Origin: Candidatus Caldarchaeales archaeon
GTDB lineage: Archaea; Thermoproteota; Nitrososphaeria_A; Caldarchaeales; Wolframiiraptoraceae
Assembly: GCA_039630055.1 (NCBI GenBank)
Contig: JBCNVN010000013.1
Coordinates: forward strand, 1 to 35,529
DNA: 35,529 bases
Direction: 5' to 3'
Numbering within the stretch: the stretch's first letter is position 1; each line of letters begins with the position of its first letter. The notes below the pieces were generated by a model. The model saw nothing but the letters and a program-made list of their open reading frames with translations, was not told where the DNA came from and made no database searches. This document shows, piece by piece, positions 30,045 to 35,529 of the stretch. A program made the position numbers and the translations under genes.

Positions 30045-32744
30045 TTATCTACTCTTCTTCGATCTTCTGTATAGCTCTCTTAGAACATAGTTTAAGATAC
30101 CTCCATGCTTATAATACTCGACCTCTATGCTTGTGTCAAGTCTAGCGGTTACGTTGAAAACTATCTCTGAGCCATCTTCTCTCTTAGCTCTAACTCTAAG
30201 CCTCTTCCTCGGGTAGAGCCCTTCTTCAATCCCCTCTATATCGTAAACCTCTCTACCAGTCAGTCCAAGAGTCTTCCAGTTCTGCCCCTCTTCAAATTGT
30301 AGAGGCAGTATTCCCATGCCGACTAAGTTGCTCCTATGTATACTCTCAAAACTCTCAGCGATAACGGCCTTGATCCCTAATAGGTATGGCCCTTTAGCTG
30401 CCCAATCCCGTGAGCTTCCCGCACCATACTGTTTACCGGCTAAGACTATAACAGATATGCCTTCTCTCAAATATAGTTGGGAAGCATCATATATCTTCAT
30501 TAATTCACCATTTGGTTGATGTATAGTCCAACCGCCCTCTTTATCAGGTGTTAAGAGGTTCCTCAATCTAATATTATCAAATGTTCCCCTCACCATTACT
30601 TCATGGTTTCCTCTTCTAGAACCATAAGTATTAAAGTCTTCGGGCTTTACACCTCTCTCCATTAAGTATTTTCCAGCAAGACTATCTGAGGGTATCGATC
30701 CTGCTGGAGATATGTGGTCTGTAGTGATGCGGTCGCCCAACATAACTAGGATTCTAGCATTCTTGATATCTTTAAGTGGGGGAGGTTCGAGTGTAATATT
30801 ATCAAAGAATGGTGGTCTTCTTATATATGTAGACTTCTCATCCCATGGGTAAAGATCGCTTGGCTCTGCAGAGATCTCTCTCCACTTAGAACTACCCTCG
30901 AACATCTTACTATACTTGCTTCTAAAATCTGATGGTCTAATCATCTTCTCCACAATCTCTCTAATTTCTTGATTAGAGGGCCAGATATCTTTAAGATATA
31001 CTGGAACATTGTTTGGGTCTCTTCCAATCGGTTCATTGAGCAGGTCTATATCTATTCTGCCTGCGATAGCATATGCTACTACTAGGAGTGGTGATGCTAG
31101 GAAGCTTCCTCTAGTTAATGGATGGATCCTGCCTGCAAAGTTTCTATTACCGCTTAAGATGCTTACAGCATAGAGATTGTAGGTTTTAATCGCATCAGAG
31201 ACTTTCTGTGGAAGGGGGCCACTATTTCCTATACATGTTGTGCAGCCGAACCCAACTACATGGAATCCAAGCGCCTCTAGATATTGCATGAGCCCAGCCC
31301 TCTTCAGATATTCGACTACTACTGGGCTTCCAGGAGCAAAACTAGTCTTAACCCAAGGTCTTCTAGATAACCCTCTCTCAACCGCCTTCTTAGCTAAGAG
31401 GCCTGCACCTATCATGAGGTGGGGGTTCGAAGTGTTGACACAGCTTGTTATAGCTGCTATGACGATGCTTCCATGAGTTAACTCACCCTTTATGCCATCT
31501 AGATCTATCTGCGCTCTAGGAGATGGCTCTAAGCTAAGACCCCTCTTTCTAGCATCCTCCAGATACTCATTCAAGATCTGGATAAACCGCTCTTTTATTC
31601 TCGTTAAGGGTACTCTATCTTCTGGGTTTAGAGGTCCAGAAAGTGAGGGCTCAACCTCTCCAAGATCTATCGTAATAACATCGCTATACTCTGGTGTAGG
31701 AGATGAAACATCTCTAAATATTCCAATCTTTCTCGAATACTTCTCAACGAATCTTACATGTTCAAGACTTCTACCAGTAGCCTCTAGGTATCTTAATACT
31801 TCTCTATCTATAGGGAAGAAGGCGGTTCTAGGCCCATACTCGGGAGACATATTAGATATGGTTGCTCTATCTGGTGCGGACAGCTTGTCAACCCCAGAGC
31901 CTATAAACTCAACTATCTTATCTACCAGATTCTTCTTCCTAAGAATCTCCGTAATTGTTAAGACGATATCTGTAGCGTTTACACCTTCTCTAGGCTCACC
32001 TTCAAGCCTTACCCCGACCACTTCAGGTATTGAGATATAGTATGGTTGACCAAGCATTACCGCTTCTGCCTCTATACCTCCTACACCCCATCCGAGAACT
32101 CCGAGAGATGAGACCATGGTGGTATGTGAATCCGTGCCGATGACGGTATCAGGGAATGCTATAAGACTTTTCTGAAGCTTTGAGAGATGTACAACCTTTG
32201 ATAGATGTTCAAGGTTGACTTGATGTATTATACCAAATCCTGGTGAAGCTACTTTTAAGTTCTTGAATGCCTTCTCAGCCCACTTCAAGAATCTATATCT
32301 CTCAATATTCCTCTCCATCTCCAAGCCGATATTATATTCTAACGCATAGGTTGTTCCAAAATAATCTACCTGGACAGAGTGGTCGATTATAAGATGGACT
32401 GGTATTAGTGGGTTAACCGTCTTTGGGTCTCCGCCAAGCTTCTTCATAGCATCCCTCATAGCAGCTAGATCGACGAGTGCTGGAATACCTGTAAAATCTT
32501 GCAATATTACTCTGGAGGGTAGATAGGGTATTTCTCTACCAATATTCTCCCTCCAATTCAATACTGCTTTAACATCTTCTTCTGTAACTATCTTTCCATC
32601 AAGGTTTCTTAGAAGATTCTCGATTAAGATCCGTATAGAATATGGAACTTTTTCTAGATTAAGACCTTCAATCTTCTTTAAGTTCCATATTATGGCCCTA
32701 CCCTTATATGTTCTTAAAAAATCTCTTACATCCGGAATTGTCAT
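30045..32744 (-). CDS. acnA: Aconitate hydratase AcnA
   Basis: QDFTG, DHSVQ, GTDSHT, AAITSC, GCTTCIGNSG, TTDHISPAG, GSSRDWAAKG. Confidence 0.97.
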   Translation of the reverse strand: MTIPDVRDFLRTYKGRAIIWNLKKIEGLNLEKVPYSIRILIENLLRNLDGKIVTEEDVKAVLNWRENIGREIPYLPSRVILQDFTGIPALVDLAAMRDAMKKLGGDPKTVNPLIPVHLIIDHSVQVDYFGTTYALEYNIGLEMERNIERYRFLKWAEKAFKNLKVASPGFGIIHQVNLEHLSKVVHLSKLQKSLIAFPDTVIGTDSHTTMVSSLGVLGWGVGGIEAEAVMLGQPYYISIPEVVGVRLEGEPREGVNATDIVLTITEILRKKNLVDKIVEFIGSGVDKLSAPDRATISNMSPEYGPRTAFFPIDREVLRYLEATGRSLEHVRFVEKYSRKIGIFRDVSSPTPEYSDVITIDLGEVEPSLSGPLNPEDRVPLTRIKERFIQILNEYLEDARKRGLSLEPSPRAQIDLDGIKGELTHGSIVIAAITSCVNTSNPHLMIGAGLLAKKAVERGLSRRPWVKTSFAPGSPVVVEYLKRAGLMQYLEALGFHVVGFGCTTCIGNSGPLPQKVSDAIKTYNLYAVSILSGNRNFAGRIHPLTRGSFLASPLLVVAYAIAGRIDIDLLNEPIGRDPNNVPVYLKDIWPSNQEIREIVEKMIRPSDFRSKYSKMFEGSSKWREISAEPSDLYPWDEKSTYIRRPPFFDNITLEPPPLKDIKNARILVMLGDRITTDHISPAGSIPSDSLAGKYLMERGVKPEDFNTYGSRRGNHEVMVRGTFDNIRLRNLLTPDKEGGWTIHQPNGELMKIYDASQLYLREGISVIVLAGKQYGAGSSRDWAAKGPYLLGIKAVIAESFESIHRSNLVGMGILPLQFEEGQNWKTLGLTGREVYDIEGIEEGLYPRKRLRVRAKREDGSEIVFNVTARLDTSIEVEYYKHGGILNYVLRELYRRSKKSR

Positions 32745-32924
32745 CGAATAGTTATATTGCGACGCTCTCTAAAATACCTTAATCTCGGAATAGCTGAACA
32801 ACCTCTTAACAATAGTTTCGATTTGGAAGAAATCTTTAAAGACTTATAATGATAATACTTGGGTAAGATTAGCATTTAGATTAACTCAAAACTTTAATTA
32901 TCATGTAGCTAACATTTTCTCGGG

Positions 32925-34664
32925 ATGCGGTTCTCTCAGCTTGTTGAGTATTATGAAAAGTTGGAGGCCACAACTAGTAGGATAGAGATGACAAATCTAC
33001 TAGTAGACCTCTTAAAGAATAGTCCACCAGATATAATTGATAAGATAGTCTACTTGACGATTGGAGAGATATATCCACCGTTTGTAGGAGTTGAGTTAGG
33101 TGTCGCCGATAAGCTAGCTCTCAGAGCAGTAAAGATAGCTACAGGACAATCTGAGAAAGCGGTCAGAGAACTATATGGTAAACTTGGAGATATAGGCTTA
33201 GTTGGAGAGAGGCTACTACAGAGCCGTAGCCAAGTTACACTGCATACAGAAGAGCTTATCGTATCCGACGTATATCAAGCATTAGAGAAGATTGCTGGAA
33301 CATCTGGCGAGGGAGCTATGGAGATGAAAGTGCAGATACTGGTAGGGCTCCTATCCTCAGCTACTCCTAAAGAAGCTAAATATCTCTTAAGGATAGTTAC
33401 AGGAAAGCTAAGACTCGGGGTTGCAGATATGACGATCCTTGATGCACTAGCGATTTTGTATGGAGGTGGAAAAGAGGCTAGAGACCTTTTTGAGAGAGCT
33501 TACAATATTACTTCAGACATAGGTTATGTCGCCAAGACCGCTGCACTAGAAGGTCTCACAGGTATTAAAAACATAAAGATTTCTATCGGTAGACCTATAA
33601 GACCGATGCTCGCCGAACGTCTCTCATCAGCTGAAGAAATTCTATCAAAGATTGGTGGAAGATGTATTGCAGAGTATAAGTATGATGGTGAAAGGATGCA
33701 GATACATAAGAAGGATAGAGAGGTTGTGATATTCTCGAGGAGACAGGAGAATATTACTAGACAGTATCCCGATGTGGTAAAGCTTGTACAAGAGAACGTT
33801 TTGGGCAATGAGGTGATCTTAGAATGTGAAGCGGTAGCGATAGATCCCGAGACCAATGATACATTACCATTTCAGGAACTCATGCACCGGAAGAGAAAAC
33901 ATGAGATAGAGAAGGCGGTTGAAGAGTATCCCGTAAATCTATACTTCTTCGATATACTGTATTTTGATGGAAGAGATCTAACATTAGAGCCATTGGAGGA
34001 GAGGAGGAAGATACTTGAGAGAGTTATAAGATCTGGTGATAGAGTAAGCCTAACCAGAGCAATCTATACAGATAATCCGGTAGAGTTAGAGAAGTTCTTC
34101 CATGAAGCAGTTGAGAGTGGATGTGAAGGGTTGGTTGTAAAAAGTTTAGATAGAGAGTCGATATATAGAGCTGGTGCAAGAGGTTGGCTCTGGATAAAGT
34201 ATAAAAAGAGTTATGTGTCACGTCTCATGGATACGGTTGATTTAGTGGTTGTAGGTGGTTATTATGGGAGGGGTAAAAGGTCTGGAGTGATGGGAGCGTT
34301 ATTGCTCGGCTGTTATGACGATGAGAACGATGTCTTCAAGACTGTTTGTAAGCTTGGGACAGGTTTTTCTGACGAAGATCTTGTGAAGTTGAGAGAGATG
34401 TTAGAGCCTTATAGACTTGAGAGACCTCATCCAAGAGTCGTTGTCGGAGAGGTTAAGGCTGACCTGTGGCTCACACCATTTCTCGTCTTAGAGGTTCTTG
34501 GTGATGAGCTAACCATTTCTCCAACACATTCAGCTGGCCTCGCCATAAGATTTCCAAGGTTTACTAGGAGATATCGTTTTGATAAAAGACCTGAAGATGC
34601 AACCACCCTTAAAGAGTTATGGGGGATATATCAGAAACAATTGAAGAAGATTGAGGAAGAGTAA
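32925..34664 (+). CDS. lig: ATP-dependent DNA ligase
   Basis: PMLA, EYKYDGER (adenylated Lys), EGLVVK, WIKYK, GTGFSD, IRFPRF. Confidence 0.97.
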   Translation: MRFSQLVEYYEKLEATTSRIEMTNLLVDLLKNSPPDIIDKIVYLTIGEIYPPFVGVELGVADKLALRAVKIATGQSEKAVRELYGKLGDIGLVGERLLQSRSQVTLHTEELIVSDVYQALEKIAGTSGEGAMEMKVQILVGLLSSATPKEAKYLLRIVTGKLRLGVADMTILDALAILYGGGKEARDLFERAYNITSDIGYVAKTAALEGLTGIKNIKISIGRPIRPMLAERLSSAEEILSKIGGRCIAEYKYDGERMQIHKKDREVVIFSRRQENITRQYPDVVKLVQENVLGNEVILECEAVAIDPETNDTLPFQELMHRKRKHEIEKAVEEYPVNLYFFDILYFDGRDLTLEPLEERRKILERVIRSGDRVSLTRAIYTDNPVELEKFFHEAVESGCEGLVVKSLDRESIYRAGARGWLWIKYKKSYVSRLMDTVDLVVVGGYYGRGKRSGVMGALLLGCYDDENDVFKTVCKLGTGFSDEDLVKLREMLEPYRLERPHPRVVVGEVKADLWLTPFLVLEVLGDELTISPTHSAGLAIRFPRFTRRYRFDKRPEDATTLKELWGIYQKQLKKIEEE

Positions 34665-34671
34665 ACATGAT

Positions 34672-35529
34672 TTAATCATGTGATGAAGAAGTAAGAAGAT
34701 TAGGTTTTAGAGGAGAAAAAAGAGAGGAGGGTTTGGGGAGCTTTATTGTATACATTCTTAATTGTTCTACGGTATTTTGGGTTGTGTTAAATTTCTTGAG
34801 AAGTTTTTCTCGAATATCGATAAGCCTTTGTAATTTTTGGGAATCTCTCTCAAATTTTATTGTAAGTTGTTCTATCGCCTTCAATTGACCATATAATTTT
34901 CCAAGCTTTTCTAGATTTCTTATGAACTGCCATAATATTCTTGCCTCATCTTTTTTTATCCCGTCTTCAAGGATTCTCAGCGCCCAAAGCCTTTTCACTT
35001 CTTTAAAAGGATGGAGCATTTTAATGTGTTTCAAGAATTCTTCGACGTCCTCTCTCCTGTAAATTGTTAATATATGTTCCCAATGTTTGCTCTTTAAAAC
35101 ATGTCCATCAAACTCCTTTTCAACATATCTAAATCTTTTGAATTTTGAAGGAGTCAAACCAACGTCCATTATTACTTCTTCAAGAAGTGCGGCTTTATCG
35201 TTATAGATCGTTGTAATATTGATTGTAAATGCCGGCCTCTTAGACCGTTTCTCACACAATGATATCCACCCGTCTCCATCTATAACTCTTGCGAGAAACC
35301 TCATTTTTTCTTCTTTGGAAAAGTTCTTCGGCGAAGTGAATGCCTCTCTCCAAGCGTTAACGTCCAAGTATACATTTACCTGCCACTCCGGAGTATTTTT
35401 GCAGAGCACGGGTTTTACGCTAACGTAGCCGTAACGAGTAAATAAGTTGTTTATCGCGACTACCCATGCAAAATATGTCGTCGTGTGTAACCATAACGTG
35501 TTACAGATCTTTTTGAAACCAAGGTCTGA
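34672..35529 (-). CDS. LAGLIDADG homing-endonuclease-like protein (5'-truncated by the window edge)
   Basis: FLARVIDGDGWISL motif. The frame stays open from 35529 (SDLGFKKICNTLWLHTTTYFAWVVAINNLFTRYGYVSVKP...), consistent with a double-motif protein whose start lies beyond the window. Confidence 0.75.
   Translation of the reverse strand, partial: SDLGFKKICNTLWLHTTTYFAWVVAINNLFTRYGYVSVKPVLCKNTPEWQVNVYLDVNAWREAFTSPKNFSKEEKMRFLARVIDGDGWISLCEKRSKRPAFTINITTIYNDKAALLEEVIMDVGLTPSKFKRFRYVEKEFDGHVLKSKHWEHILTIYRREDVEEFLKHIKMLHPFKEVKRLWALRILEDGIKKDEARILWQFIRNLEKLGKLYGQLKAIEQLTIKFERDSQKLQRLIDIREKLLKKFNTTQNTVEQLRMYTIKLPKPSSLFSPLKPNLLTSSSHD

Noticed and set aside
31492-32040. 182-aa antisense ORF within acnA, plus the many 60-120 aa antisense ORFs in the track
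   Set aside because: They lie fully opposite well-conserved genes and have Ser/Leu/Ile-rich composition typical of antisense shadows.
34500-34565. Short loop before the ligase AIRFPRF motif (SPTHSAGLAIRFPRF)
   Set aside because: Loop length varies among archaeal ligases, the frame is intact and all catalytic motifs are present.

Overview
Gene-dense, AT-rich archaeal chromosome segment, inferred to come from a thermophilic TACK-type archaeon (archaeal-type SAM synthetase, tRNA-splicing endonuclease subunit, Bud32, RIO2, Sm/LSm, NucS, Sulfolobus-type OFOR). Most of it is housekeeping: translation and tRNA genes (pheS, ileS, tRNA-Cys, endA-like, bud32, rdgB), isoprenoid genes (partial UbiA/DGGGP synthase, polyprenyl-PP synthase, membrane-fused CrtI-like oxidoreductase), cofactor genes (thi4, mptA/folE2, mptE, beta-RFA-P synthase, mat, mtnP), energy genes (H+-PPase, Zn-ferredoxin, OFOR, AcnA) and DNA ligase. 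A LAGLIDADG-type ORF runs off the right edge. No CRISPR array, rRNA or transposase was seen. The most unusual signals are: (1) the endA-like gene is split across reading frames at a UUU_CGU +1-frameshift-type site; (2) a long-range inverted repeat and competing hairpins sit over the mat start codon, downstream of the Sm gene; (3) an HTH + Cys-less TusA-like fusion regulator has a perfect inverted-repeat operator and precedes a cytosolic HtrA; (4) a prenyl synthase with small chain-length-gate residues lies beside a membrane-anchored CrtI/RetSat-like enzyme. All product calls come from motif recognition by eye; no database searches were run.
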